Of a DNA stretch of 64,000 bases, positions 16,316 to 30,000 are shown one piece after another. The stretch is taken from the NCBI GenBank assembly GCA_964016885.1, contig OZ024742.1, positions 34,782,001 through 34,846,000 of the forward strand, read 5' to 3'. The DNA comes from Eledone cirrhosa. Taxonomy: Eukaryota. Below the pieces are notes generated by a model. It did not search any database and was not told where the DNA came from. It saw only the letters and a list, made by a program, of their open reading frames with translations. Within the stretch, counting starts at the first letter, position 1, and every line of letters begins with the position of its first letter. The position numbers and the translations under genes are program-made.

Positions 16316-16622
16316 ATCATCGTAACACCATCAACATCATCACTGCCATTGTCATCGTCACTATCATAATCATCATCATCATCGTGTCCTCGTCGTTGTC
16401 GTTGCTGTTGTCGTTGTCATTGTCATTGTCATCAGTGTCATTATTATCATCCTCCTCATTGTTATCATCATCATCCTCATCATCATCTTCATCATCATCT
16501 GCATCATCATCATCATCACCATCTTCATCATCTGCATCATCATTATCATCATCATCATCATCATCATCCTCATCGTCGTCATCATCATAAGTATCATCAT
16601 CATCATCATCATCATTATCATG
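16316..16622. repeat. (TCA)n degenerate trinucleotide repeat
   Basis: Seen directly. Confidence 0.95.
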
Positions 16623-17819
16623 AAGAGCAACAACAGTAGCAGTCATCAACAAGTGTAATTAAACTTACTGTTTATAGAAACGCCATCACTGCAAAATTTA
16701 TCTTCACTAGGCTCCATAATATTTCACTCCTTATTAAAGTGAAGTGAGAATTTCAAAAGCTGTCTACGATAAAATTAGTATTAGTTCTCTTTTACTTTCA
16801 AATAACATAAATATAAATATTTTTTTTAATAATCTTGTTTTATAATCTTGTTTATATTTTCATTTTTTATTATTATTATTATATTTTTTTTTGTATTTAT
16901 TCTTAATAATTTGGTGAGTTGTTTGCCAGTCTGGGAGATAAAATCTTATTTTATTTTGTTGTGCTTTCGATTTCAGTAATGTTTGTTTTATAAAGGAAAT
17001 AAGGTCAAGTTTTAAAGTGAAAAATATATTTGCAAAGAGTTTAAATTTAGATGTTAACGGATTTAACACGTTATAAAAACGAAATTACTGAGGAATGTTT
17101 GCAAAAGAGAATATTGGGTTGAATTTAAAGTACACATTTAAAGCAGGGCCAATTAGTGATTCTGTTTTTAATGTGGCGAGAGAGTGAAGAATTTTTTTTT
17201 ATAATGCCTAGGCCTTATAACAGGGTACATGACACTTTTACAGGGTCGCGAGACTAGTGAGAGGAAGGGAAGTAGAAGGTAATGGAGAAAATGGGGAGAG
17301 AGAGAGAGGATAATAGAGAGAGTTATCCTAAAACTGAAGAAATTAACGAAATGTTTGCATCACCGTGGAAATGTAGTAATTATGAAGTTGTAGATAGGCT
17401 AATGGGTTATTGCGCATTTTTATCCCTTAGTCAGGAAGAAGGACTGTGTCCGCGATATTTTTCAGGGCCTACAAGACCGAGGGACTAGAGAGGGAAAAAG
17501 AGAGGGAAGAAAGAGTGAGGAGAGAAAGAGAGAGAATCAGAATGAAAGAGAGAAAGAGAGAAAGAAACTATTCAGGGCACTTAGATAAGGATACGTGCTT
17601 TGTTTGGAAGGTTTGCTGATTAGCTGGTTGGTTACTTGGCTGGTTAATTGGCTGGTTGGTTTAGTTAGCTGGTTGGTTGGTCGGCGGTTTGGCTGATCAG
17701 TCAGTTGAGCGAGCGGTTTATTGGTTGATTGCTTGCTTGCTTTAGTTGATTGTTTATTTAATTTTTCGATTGGTGTTTGATTGGTCATTTGATCGGTTGA
17801 TTAGTTAGTTTGGCAGGCA

Positions 17820-18270
17820 AGTTTGCTGGATGGTTGGCTGGCTGGTTGGTTGGTTGACTGGTTGGCTGGCTGGTTAGTTGGTTGATTGGTTGGTTGGTTG
17901 GTTGGTTGGTTGGTTGGTTGGTTGGTTGGTTGGTTGGTTAACTGGCTGGCTGGTTGGTTGGTTGGCTGGCTGGTTCGTTGGTTGGTTGGTTGGCTGGTTG
18001 GCTGGTTGGTTGGCTGGTTTGTTGGTTGGTTGGTCAGTTGGTTGGTTGGATGGTTGCCTGGTTGGCTGGTGGGCTGGTTGGTGGGTTGTGTGGTTGGTTG
18101 GTGGGTTGGTTGGTTGGATGGTTGGTTGTTTGGTTGGCTGGTTGGTTGGTTTGTTGGCTGGTTGGCTGATTGATTGTTTGATTGGCCGGTTGGTTGATTG
18201 GTTGGTTGGTTGGTTGGTTGGTGGGTTGGTGGGTTGGTTGGCTGGTTGGTTGGTTGGTTGGCTGGTTGCT
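17820..18270. repeat. (TTGG/CTGG)n tetranucleotide repeat
   Basis: Seen directly. Confidence 0.95.
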
Positions 18271-18589
18271 TGATTTTCTAGATGGTTGGTCTAGTTATTT
18301 AGTTGATCTAGTTATTTATCTGGCTAGTTGATTGAAGAGTTCATTCGTTCTTTCACGAAGTACTTTATATCAATAATAACTCCCAAGTGGTTGACACAAT
18401 AAAATAGAGTGAGTTGTTGCTACAATAATTTATTTTCATTTATAAATTGAAGAAGTCTGTGTGATTATTTTGATAATTCTGAGAAGTATGACTTGTGGGC
18501 GGTGAAAAGGGATACGTAGAGACGACATCTGCAAGATAAATATATAGTTAAGTGATGGGATCTAATGTACTTAATGTAGTGATCCAAAT

Positions 18590-18966
18590 AATTGTTCCTA
18601 CTGTTGTCACGAGGCCAGCAATTATCCTAGTGCATTACTGGTACTTTATTTTATCGACCCCGTAAGGATGAAAGGCAAAGTTAACCTCGGCGAGATTTGA
18701 TCTCAGAACGTAAAGGGCCATAACTCTATACTTAAAGCATTGTGTCTAACGCTCTACTAATGCTGCCAATTCCAAATAATTGTTTCTACTTTTGGCACAA
18801 GGCCAGCAATTATCCAGTGTATTACTGGTACTTTATTTTATCGACCCCTTAAGGATGAAAGGCAAAGTTAACCTCGGCGGGATTTGAACTCAGAATGGCA
18901 AGGGCCGTAACTCTATGCGTCAAAGCATGGCGTCCGACCCTCTACCGATACTGCCAATCCACCGCC
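18590..18966 (-). mobile_element. Two tandem Meta-like SINE copies
   Basis: Copies ~18590-18770 and 18778-18966; CCAAATAAT recurs at the junctions. Confidence 0.85.
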
Positions 18967-20242
18967 AATTCCAAATAATAATGGGGGAATATGTGTGTGT
19001 TGCAATATATATTTTCATTTCTCAATTGAAATAGTCGATCAACTTAATCTGATTATTCTGAGAAGGAACAAAAGATATTTGCATGAAAAATATATAGTTG
19101 TGACGACACAATGTAGTAGTTACAAATAAATAAATAACTACTTTACATTACACCCATGATGCGGTGGATTTGGCATGACCCGATGATTAGGAAGTTTGAT
19201 TCACAATCCCGTGTTCTTGGGATTCGATACCAGTGTGGATTCTCGGGCAAGTATCTTTTATGAGGAGCTCCGGTTGACAATAGACTTGAGAGTGAAATCA
19301 GGTAAGCGGCAAGTGATTGGTAGTACAAAGTTCACCCCTGGACGTGACGCTTGTCTGTCACAAGGTGAATTCTCTGCTGCAGTCTCTGGAACCCATTTTT
19401 CCTGGACTGGAAATGTGAGATGAAATACATTGTACAAGAACACAGCATGTCGCCCGGTCCGGGAATCTAACTTACAACCTTACAGCCCTTAGCTCGATAG
19501 CCAATACCAGGCTACGAACCTGTAAACGATATAGAAATATTTAACGTCCATTATTAAAAGTAGTTAAGAAGGGGTGATTTCTATTGTCTAACCTAACTTC
19601 GTTATCCCAACCCCCCACCTTTAACAAACCTACCGACTCCCATTCCTACCTCGATTTCATCTCAATTCACACCCAATCGGCTATCTCCTACTCGTAATTC
19701 CCCCGTCTACATCGCTCCTCGAGACGAGACTCTAATCAAAAAGGACATTCTGTTTACGCAGTTAAAACCTGCCCTCAACAACAGGCAAACATTGTTCACC
19801 GGTAATTGGATAATACAGTAGCTACCTATCATCTGCGTATGAAGCAACACCCTCCAAACATTACCTATCTGCTCATGTCCGAATAAAGTTCCATTCTGCA
19901 AACCTCCAATCATGAGTAGGTTGTGAGTTCAATTCTCGGAACGGGTTATGTGTTGTTTCCTTGAGCAAGACACTTTATTTCAAGCTGCTCCAGTTTACTC
20001 AGCTTAGGAATGAGATGATAGGACTGGGATCCCTATCATTAAATCTCCCAAGACACCTCCAACGAAATATACCTTGGAGGAGGCCAGCTAAACCTGCATA
20101 GGTGTGAGCTGTCACACACAATCATGATTAGCACTTTCTAAGACGAAATATTTACATAAATAAGGTAATGGTGTCAAGCTTTGTTTTTGTTTTCACTCAT
20201 TGCATGTTGTCACTTTTTCAATCACTTTTAACTTTCTATATA

Positions 20243-20540
20243 CAGGTAAAACATCAATTTTCCGGCAACTGAGGACCCGGGATTTTTTTTATCCGGATAT
20301 AATTATGAGCAGATACTTAAAATTCCCACGACTCACTAAACTGTTTAATTCGAGTTAGGAAGATAGCCTGTGGCATTATATACTATTTTAACCATTTGCT
20401 ACTTTGTATTATCATAGTGGAGAGATAGGAAAAATGTTTCCAAATCTATAACGTTTCTAGTGAACTGTTATTTTCTCCGACAAAATAAATAATCCGGCAC
20501 CGGTCTGGAACCAAGGGACCGAAGTTTGGTGTTGTACATG
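20243..20540. mobile_element. Putative Tc1/pogo-type MITE
   Basis: Imperfect TIRs CAGGTAAAACATCAATTTTCCGG vs revcomp CATGTACAACACCAAACTTCGG, TA on both sides. Confidence 0.5.
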
Positions 20541-20650
20541 TAGTTTATATTTGTATTTGTATGTGTATGTGTGGCGCAGTGTTGTATGGGTGTGTAGAAG
20601 CCCGAAAATATGTGTGAATGTGCGCGCGTATTTGCAACTTCATATTAATA

Positions 20651-21158
20651 CTAGCTGGACCCGTGAAAAAATTCACGGATAATCCCCTCTCTCTATATTA
20701 TAGCACCCTCTCTCTAAATATATTATAACCCCACTCTCTCTATATATAAACCCATTGCTTTCTCTATATATTAAAAACACCCTCTCTATATATATATATA
20801 TTTAACCCCTCTCTATATATATATTTTAACCCTCCTTTCTCTATATTATAACCGTCTCTCTCTATATTATAACCTCCTTCTCTCTATATATTATAACACA
20901 TCCCTTTCTCTATATTATAAAACCCTCTCTCTATATATATTATAAACCCTCTCTCTCTATATATATAATAACCCATCACTTTCTCTATATTATAACCCCC
21001 TCTCTCTCTCTCCTTTCCAAACGTTGCAACGCTCTTTGATTTTCTTTGGCCGTAGATTGTCGTAGATTGTTTACCATCCCACTTTCATTGTTTTACTGAA
21101 AGCGTGAGACACACGGTCGGACGTACGGTAGGTAGGTATTAGCGTATTAATATATAGA
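20651..21158 (-). mobile_element. Non-autonomous Helitron with internal ~24-bp minisatellite
   Basis: On -: A|TCTATATATTAATA 5' end, subterminal hairpin CCGTGAA-N4-TTCACGG (20661-20678), 3' CTAG|T. Internal AACCCTCTCTCTATATATTAT repeats ~20683-21010. Confidence 0.8.
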
Positions 21159-21527
21159 TAATCAAGGGAAAGCATCTTTGAATCCGTAATTCCGTAATAT
21201 GTTTCTAGTGAGTTATTGTCTCATTGTCTTGTCCGGCAAAAGAAATAATTCAGCACGTGTTTGGAACCTGGGTTGAAGGAAAAATGGGTGTTGTACTTGT
21301 AATCTATCTATCTATCTATCTATCTTGATGGAGTAAGACACGCTTCACATCGGCTCCGCTATTCCATCGAGATTTACCCTTACTATTGTAAGTACCGGAT
21401 AAATTTTTCAGTGCAACACATTTGGAACACTAACCCCTGTTTTTTAGGGAAACATTTTTGCATTTACCCCCTTTTTAGGGGGTAAAATAAATATCTATTT
21501 TTGCCGAAAAATTTCTTTCTTGGCAGC

Positions 21528-23361
21528 ATGGCGGAAAAGATGGCAGACATGTCTGCCATTAGCTCTGCCACGCCCCCCAAGTCTGAAGAACAAAAAATAA
21601 TTACAACAAAATTAGACAATGAAACAAACAAAGAAAATGAAAAAACAAATGTTAAGGAAAATGAGCAAACAGAAAACAAACAAACAGAAAATAATACAAA
21701 TAACAACAGGGCAACTTTCGCCCAGAAAACAAAACAATCCATTACATACACACCAATTGACCTAACTGCCGCCAGAGAAAAACTGGCCGAAGCAAAGAAA
21801 CACATTGTTTTGGGGGAGAACGGAATGTTTTCCATTAACTCCCCCCCCCAGAATTCAAGAAAGCCAGAACAGAAAGCACAGTTCTCTACAGAACTATACT
21901 GAACCAGACAAGAAAGCCAGCACAGCCCAGCCAAATGGAAATAGAGTTAGTCCTAAAAGACTATATGAAGAATATTCTCTTCATACGAAAGGACCGACTC
22001 TATGGCAGCATTTCGGTCCTAACAAGAGACAAGGAAACGGCGGAGAAGCTTTCCCTAAGCCCACTCTCATCGACAACATATAGCTTCTATCCCTCCTACA
22101 TGGGTAGAAGAACACAGAGAGTAAAAGTAAAAACAATGCTGCCCACAATGGACTTCTGGTGGGCTATTGCTGGCTTCATAGATATGGGCGAAGACACAAT
22201 GCTGTCAATGGGGAAGGCAACTGGAGATGCGTTCCTGGGAATGGGCCTCGACATACTAGTCCAAATGAGGCCCGAAAGAATAGCACAAATCCCGGATCGC
22301 ATCTGGCTGGATGACCTTACCCCAATAGACATAATTGTAGAGGGGAGAAGACCAGCATGCTATTTATGCATGGAAAGGGGACACGTTAAGGCTAACTGCC
22401 CGAAACGTATCCCCCAAAAAGGACTATTGCCCACACCCACCACAAACAGTACACCAACACCACCCACCTCCAAAAATACACTAATACCACACACAGCAAA
22501 CAAAATACAGACACCACCAACCACAAACACAACACAAACATCACCACCACCAGCACCAAACACAAGCACGACACAAAAATCACCACCACCAACAACAACA
22601 CAAACACCACCATCACCAACCACAAGCACGACACAAACATTACCACCACCACCACAAAACCCATTCCAAACAAATAATAAAAAAAACAGTAACAAATCTA
22701 CCCCTCCCGCAAAAAAAAAACAACCACACAACACGTCCCTCCCACCTAGCGCTGAAGAGTTTCCCCCAACTTCTGAAGAAGAAGGAGGAGAAGCCTTCAG
22801 ACAAGTTAAAAGAAAAAAAAGAAAACACACACCCAGCACACCACAAATAACCCACACACAAACACCAACTCCAATCAAAAACACCCCACCCTCAACAAAC
22901 AAAAATAAATCTGCGCCTCCCCTCTCCGAAACATTGACAGCATCACAAAAAAAGACGTTGCAATACACATATATAAATAAAGAAAACAAAAAACTGGTTA
23001 AATTAATAAACAATAACCCTATGGTGCAGACCGAAGGGCCAAACTTTATCTCGACAGAGAACTTCACCCATTTAAAAATGATAAAGGTCCCTCTGGACCT
23101 TTATCGTTCCTTAAAAGAACAATTTAGACGGGACGTGAGCCCCCCCCCCCCTGTTTAAAACCGTTGAATCGCGTCCTCTTGAAAGATTTCCCCATAACCG
23201 CCCCTCTCCCTGACACAACTCCAAATACCCCAACCCCACCACACACGTGTACCCCCACACCACCACAAAACATCCCTCCACCCAACACACCTGACGCCAT
23301 GGAAATTACACAACCCAGAGAGGTAAGTGCTTTTCTTTCTTCACTTTCAACACCAAAATAG
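21528..23361 (+). pseudogene. Tx1 ORF1 (gag-like, CCHC knuckle, Pro/Thr-rich), frameshifted at two poly-C runs
   Basis: ATG at 21528; CYLCMERGHVKANC. Segments 21501-21902, 21935-23158 and 23164-23361 join when the C-runs at ~21841 and ~23140 take copy 2 lengths. Confidence 0.8.
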
Positions 23362-23366
23362 ATCAA

Positions 23367-26300
23367 TTAAGAGTTGGCTGTTTGAACGCGCGTGGCCTGG
23401 GCTCTGCTTGGAAGCAAGCAAAGCTACTAAGTGACCTCAGGTCACGAAGTATAGATGTGATGGTTGTTTGCGAGAGTCGAATCAGCAGCGTGCGACAGCT
23501 GGCTCCCGCCTTCGATGACTTTGAGATGCACGCATCTCTCTGTCAACCCGGAGGCGGGGGGGGGGGGGAGTTGCCGTACTGCTGGATAAACGTCTGGCTC
23601 TCGACGTACAGATTGTTCACTCGGACCCGGGGGGTCGAATACTGGTGCTGGACGTCGGAGGCGGTGAAGGCGGGGCTTTCAGACTGGTCGGTCTTTATGC
23701 CCCCTTCGGGGCTGAAAGAGCCGACTTCTTCCAGCGTCTGGAGACTTTTCTAGGAACGTCGCGTTCCCTGCTTTTAGTGGGGGACTGGAATGGAATCCTA
23801 GATGCGCGTTGGGACTATGCAGGGGCATGTCCCGATAGAGGGGGGTGTAGCAGCCTCAAGGGGTTACTCGATCGATTCGACCTGGTCGATAGATTTCGAC
23901 TAGATTGTCCAACTGCGCCAACCTGGACCTGGGCAAACCGCAGTGGACAATCTAGATCGTACCTAGATAGGTTTTTGGTTAGGAGTAAGGATAGGGACGT
24001 ATTTAGTTGTCCAGAATTGATCATGGTTGGCTATTCAGATCACAAATTAGTGACCTGCGTGGTCAACCTTGATAGAACGCATAGACAGGGTCCCGGTTAC
24101 TGGAAGATGAACTTGTCCTTGCCGGCAAAGAAAGATTACAGGAACCGGATTAGTAGCTTAGTTAAGATGCGGTTGACGGGAGCGATTGTCAACAGTAGGT
24201 GGTGGGTATCTCTAAAGAGAGAGATTAGAGTAAGTTCGATAGGTTACAGTAAGGAACTAGCGGCGAATAGAAATAGGAAGGAAAGGGAGTTAACAGATAA
24301 ACTAGAAGAGGCGATTAGGAGCGGAGACGTAGCCAGAGTGTTAGCGGCTAGAACGGCGTTGAGCCAGTTCTTTGACGCGAAGCACGAAGGCTGCGTTGTC
24401 CGAAGTAAAATACGTGCTTTAGGAAACGAGGGGACCAAAGCTGTTAGCTGGGCCCGCGTGACAGAAGCCAAGAGTGGGATTAAATCCACCATTCGGTCTT
24501 TGCGAGACCAGGATGGACGGGTGATCCTTGAACCTGAGCGGATGTGCGAAGCCTTTCAAAGGCACTTTGCTCGACTGTTCGGAGGGGGCGGGGGGCCGGA
24601 CGGGGATGTGGACTTCGGTCCATTCCTCGACGGTCTACCGCGTCTTTCGAGCGGCGAAGCGGAGTGCTGCGAAAGGCCAATCACAGCCACTGAAATCGGG
24701 GAAGCTCTCAGCCAATGCAGCAGACGCAAATCTCCGGGTCTCGATGGTCTACCATACGAACTTTATTTAGCTATGCCGGTCTTGTTCTCCGAACTCCTCG
24801 AGGCTGTCTATTGCAACTGGCAACAGAACGGGAGAATTCCCTGTTCTGTGACCAAGGGCGTGGTCACGCTAGTGAGGAAGGACGAGAGCAAGGGGGACGA
24901 CTTAAGTAACTTTAGGCCCATAACTCTGCTGAATGCAGAGTTACAGATTTTGGCCAAGGTGTTGGCGAAGAGGTTGGCGCTTGTGGTGGGTGGTTTGGTG
25001 GGAGACGCGCAGACATGCGCTATCCCGTCCAGGTCCATTCACGACAACCTCCACCTCATGCGATACATCATAGAGAGGGTTGGCAACGAACCCGGCTTTG
25101 GTGGGGCCCTGATCAACTTGGATCAATCTAAGGCGTTCGATAGGGTCGACCATGGTTACCTGGAAGCGGTGCTAGCGGCGGCGGGCTTCGGACCCGTTTT
25201 CAGGGGCTGGATTTCTGCCATGCACAGTGGCAACATCTGCTCTAGGATTAAAGTAAACGGCTACCTCTCGGAGCCGTTTCAAATCACCCGGTCCATCAGA
25301 CAGGGGTGCCCCCTCTCCTCCCTTCTGTACGTATTGACTCTCGAGCCACTGCTGCGGAAGTTGGAGTTGCTGCGGGGCATACCCCTGGAACCGGGATTGC
25401 ACAAAGCGGTCTCGGCCTATGCCGACGACGTAACAGTAATGGTGGCGGACGCCTCGGAAATCGGGGCGATCGCCACCCTACGGGAGGAATACGAAAGGCT
25501 GACGGGGGCTAGGCTGAACCGGGACAAGTCAGTCGGTTTGCAACTCGGAACGTGGAGGGGCAAACCGATGCCGTTAGACGGTGTCGTCGGGCGGTGGACG
25601 GAGGGCCCGGTGAAGCTGCTCGGGGGCTGGTTCGGACCGGACCTCCAGGTGGAGAAGAATTGGGGCGAGGTGACGAGCAGGGTGTTTGCGCTGACCCAGA
25701 AGTGGGCCAAGTGCAAACTATCACTGAAAGGTCGGGCGGAGGTGACGAACGCTTACATAGCGTCCGTCATCTGCTACCGCCTGACCGTCGTGCCTTGTCC
25801 CAAGGAAAAGATCACCATCATGGAACGCATGCTCTTCCAGTTCCTCTGGAAGAAGCGGCCTCCCATGGTGAGGAGATCCATCTGCTGCCAGCACCCTTCG
25901 AAAGGAGGGCTGGGTATGCCGTGGCTGTTGATGCGTAGGCACGCATTGAGGCTACGGCATCTACAGGTATTCCTCACCGGTCAGCCGGTGTGGGCCCCGT
26001 TTGTGAGGCGAGCCTTCCCACAGCTCGTCTCGCTCACCGAGCTGCAATCCTGGGTGAAGCAAAGACCGAGAAAACTGGGCAACTGGCACACCGAGTGTGC
26101 CCAGGCGCTCACGGCTATCTGGCAAGCGGACCCAACTGTCGGTGGAGAATCCACCTCGACATTCTATAGAGGGCTGGTGGCTAGCAGGGGCGACGACACC
26201 CTTGGAGAGTCGCTAGGCATGGAGAAGGACGAACTGGCCAGCCTGTTCGGTAGAACTTTCGGCCCGGGACCCATGGACAACTTCCAGAGGTCCCTAGCCT

Positions 26301-26800
26301 GGCAGTGTTACCGGGGGGCTCTGCCCGTTCGAGAAAAGCTCTACAGACACGGGCGCCCGGGCAGGGATCCAGCGAAAAAGATCTGTCCCAGATGCGTGCG
26401 CGACTTGGAAACCGTTGCGCATGCACTGGTACACTGCCCGGGCGTTGCCGATCTGTGGGGCTACGTCGAACGACTGCTGTCGCGTGTGGCGCCGATTCGA
26501 TTAACCGCCGAGTCTGTGGTGAACATCAAGCCGCCTCCTCCCTTCAGAAATGAAGCAGAGGCGGTCTTTCTGTGCCTAATAGCCATGATGAAAGAGGTTG
26601 TGTGGTGGACGCGCCTGAAAGGTCTGAGGTCGGGTGACTTTCTCTCCGGCCATCACCTGGTTTACTTCTTCCGATACCACTTCGGAAGAAGGATCAGGAT
26701 GGAGAGAGAAGTGCTTGGCCCCAGACAGTTTTATGAAAGGTGGGTGAAAGAAGCGAGAATGGCTCGTGTAAATGGGCCTTCTCTCTACATTGTTCTGTAG
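23367..26800 (+). CDS. Tx1 ORF2: APE endonuclease + reverse transcriptase + C-terminal Zn motif (one frameshift at poly-G 23556-23568)
   Basis: GCLNARG, VCES, GDWN, YLDRF, SDH; KSPGLDG, FRPITLLN, DQSKAFDRV, QGCPLS, YADD; CPRC..ETVAHALVHC. 1051 aa open from 23645. Confidence 0.92.
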
Positions 26801-27059
26801 GTGAAGAAGTGAAGAGGAAAGGGGGAGCGCCTCCTCTCTGGGCTTCCCCTGCGAAAAGGGTTGCACACTTTTCGGGGGTATGTGCAATCCCGAACACGCC
26901 CCCTCCCTTTTGAGGACTTTTTATTATTATATTATTATTGTTATTCCTTTTTCTTTACTCGATTTATGTAAACTCCCCCACTGTGTATTTGTCCCCTTCT
27001 TTTGTGCCCTCGTGGCAAATAAATAGAAATTTATCTATCTATCTATCTATCTATCTATC

Positions 27060-30000
27060 TTGATAGAGTAAGACACGCTTCGCATCGGCTCCGCTATTCC
27101 ATCGGGATTTACCCTTACTATTGTAAGTACCGGATAAATTTTTTAGTGCCACACATTTGGAACACTAACCCCTGTTATTTAGGGAAACATTTTTGCATTT
27201 ACCCCCTTTTTAGGGGGTAAAATAAATATCTATTTTTGCCGAAAAATTTCTTTCTTGGCAGCATGGCGGAAAAGATGGCAGACATGTCTGCCATTAGCTC
27301 TGCCACGCCCCCCAAGTCTGAAGAACAAAAAATAATTACAACAAAATTAGACAATGAAACAAACAAAGAAAATGAAAAAACAAATGTTAAGGAAAATGAG
27401 CAAACAGAAAACAAACAAACAGAAAATAATACAAATAACAACAGGGCAACTTTCGCCCAGAAAACAAAACAATCCATTACATACACACCAATTGACCTAA
27501 CTGCAGCCAGAGACAAACTGGCCGAAGCAAAGAAACACATTGTTTTGGGGGAGAACGGAATGTTTTCCATTAACTCCCCCCCAGAATTCAAGAAAGCCAG
27601 AGCAGAAAACACAGTTCTCTATAGAACTATACTGAACCAGACAAGAAAGCCAGCACAGCCCAGCCAAATGGAAATAGAGTTAGTCCTAAAAGACTATATG
27701 AAGAATATTCTCTTCATACGAAAGGACCGACTCTATGGCAGCATTTCGGTCCTAACATGAGACAAGGAAACGGCGGAGAAGCTTTCCCTAAGCCCACTCT
27801 CATCGACAACATATAGCTTCTATCCCTCCTACATGGGTAGAAGAACACAGAGAGTAAAAGTAAAAACAATGTTGCCCACAATGGACTTCTGGTGGGCTAT
27901 TGCTGGCTTCATTGATATGGGCGAAGACACAATGCTGTCAATGGGGAAGGCAACTGGAGATGCGTTCCTGGGAATGGGCCTCGACATACTAGTCCAAATG
28001 AGGCCCGAAAGAATAGCACAAATCCCGGATCGCATCTGGCTGGATGACCTTACCCCAATAGACATAATTGTACAGGGGAGAAGACCAGCATGCTATTTAT
28101 GCATGGAAAGGGGACACGTTAAGGCTAACTGCCCGAAACGTATCCCCCAAAAAGGACTATTGCCCACACCCACCACAAACAGTACACCAACACCACCCAC
28201 CTCCAAAAATACACTAATACCACACACAGCAAACAAAATACAGACACCACCAACCACAAACACAACACAAACATCACCACCACCAGCACCAAACACAAGC
28301 ACAACACAAAAATCACCACCACCAACAACAACACAAACACCACCATCACCAACCACAAGCACGACACAAACATTACCACCACCACCACAAAACCCATTCC
28401 AAACAAATAATAAAAAAAACAGTAACAAATCTACCCCTCCCGCAAAAAAAAAACAACCACACAACACGTCCCTCCCACCTAGCGCTGAAGAGTTTCCCCC
28501 AACTTCTGAAGAAGAAGGAGGAGAAGCCTTCAGACAAGTTAAAAGAAAAAAAAGAAAACACACACCCAGCACACCACAAATAACCCACACACAAACACCA
28601 ACTCCAATCAAAAACACCCCACCCTCAACAAACAAAAATAAATCTGCGCCTCCCCTCTCCGAAACATTGACAGCATCACAAAAAAAGACGTTGCAATACA
28701 CATATATAAATAAAGAAAACAAAAAACTGGTTAAATTAATAAACAATAACCCTATGGTGCAGACCGAAGGGCCAAACTTTATCTCAACATAGAACTTCAC
28801 CCATTTAAAAATGATAAAGGTCCCTCTGGACCTTTATCGTTCCTTAAAAGAACAATTTAGACGGGACGTGAGCCCCCCCTGTTTAAAACCGTTGAATCGC
28901 GTCCTCTTGAAAGATTTCCCCATAACCGCCCCTCTCCCTGACACAACTCCAAATACCCCAACCCCACCACACACGTGTACCCCCACACCACCACAAAACA
29001 TCCCTCCACCCAACACACCTGATGCCATGGAAATTACGCAACCCGGAGAGGTAAGTGCTTTTCTTTCTTCACTTTCAACACCAAAATAGATCAATTGAGA
29101 GTTGGCTGTTTGAACGCGCGTGGCCTGGGCTCAGCTTGGAAGCAAGCAAAGCTTCTAAGTGACCTCAGGTCACAAAGTATAGATGTGATGGTTGTTTGCG
29201 AGAGTCGGATCAGCAGCGTGAGACAGCTGGCGCCCGCCTTCGATGACTTTGAGATGCACGCATCTCTCTGTCAACCCGGAGGCGGGGGGGGAGTTGCCGT
29301 ACTGCTGGATAAACGTCTGACTCTCGACGTACAGATTGTTCACTCGGACCCGGGGGGTCGATTACTGGTGCTGGACGTCGGAGGCGGTGAAGGCGGGGCT
29401 TTCAGACTGGTCGGTCTTTATGCTCCCTTCGGGGCGGAAAGAGCCGACTTCTTCCAGCGTCTGGAGACTTTTCTAGGAACGTCGCGTTCCCTGCTTTTAG
29501 TGGGGGACTGGAATGGAATCCTAGATGCGCGTTGGGACTATGCAGGGGCATGTCCCGATAGAGGGGGGTGTAGCAGCCTCAAGGGGTTACTCGATCGATT
29601 CGACCTGGTCGATAGATTTCGACTAGATTGTCCAACTGCGCCAACCTGGACCTGGGCAAACCGCAGTGGACAATCTAGATCGTACCTAGATAGGTTTTTG
29701 GTTAGGAGTAAGGATAGGGACGTATTTAGTTGTCCAGAACTGATCATGGTTGGCTATTCAGATCACAATTAGTGATCTGCGTGGTCAACCTTGATAGAAC
29801 GCATAGACAGGGTCCCGGTTACTGGAAGATGAACTTGTCCTTACCGACAAAGAAAGATTACAGAAACCGGATTAGTAGCTTAGTTAAGATGCGGTTGACG
29901 GGAGCGATTGTCAACAGTAGGTGGTGGATATCTCTAAAGAGAGAGATTAGAGTAAGTTCGATAGGTTACAGTAAGGAACTAGCAGCGAATAGAAATAGGA

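Larger units (their letters stand above)
21325..27032 (+). mobile_element. Full-length Tx1-clade non-LTR retrotransposon, copy 1, in (TATC)n
   Basis: 5'UTR + ORF1 + ORF2 + 3'UTR ending AATAAATAGAAATTT. (TATC)n on both sides (21302-21324, 27032-27059). Confidence 0.93.

Noticed and set aside
29051-29089. 39-nt GT..AG intron fusing Tx1 ORF1 to ORF2
   Set aside because: Its removal keeps the ORF1 frame and hits a stop two codons later, so there is no fusion.
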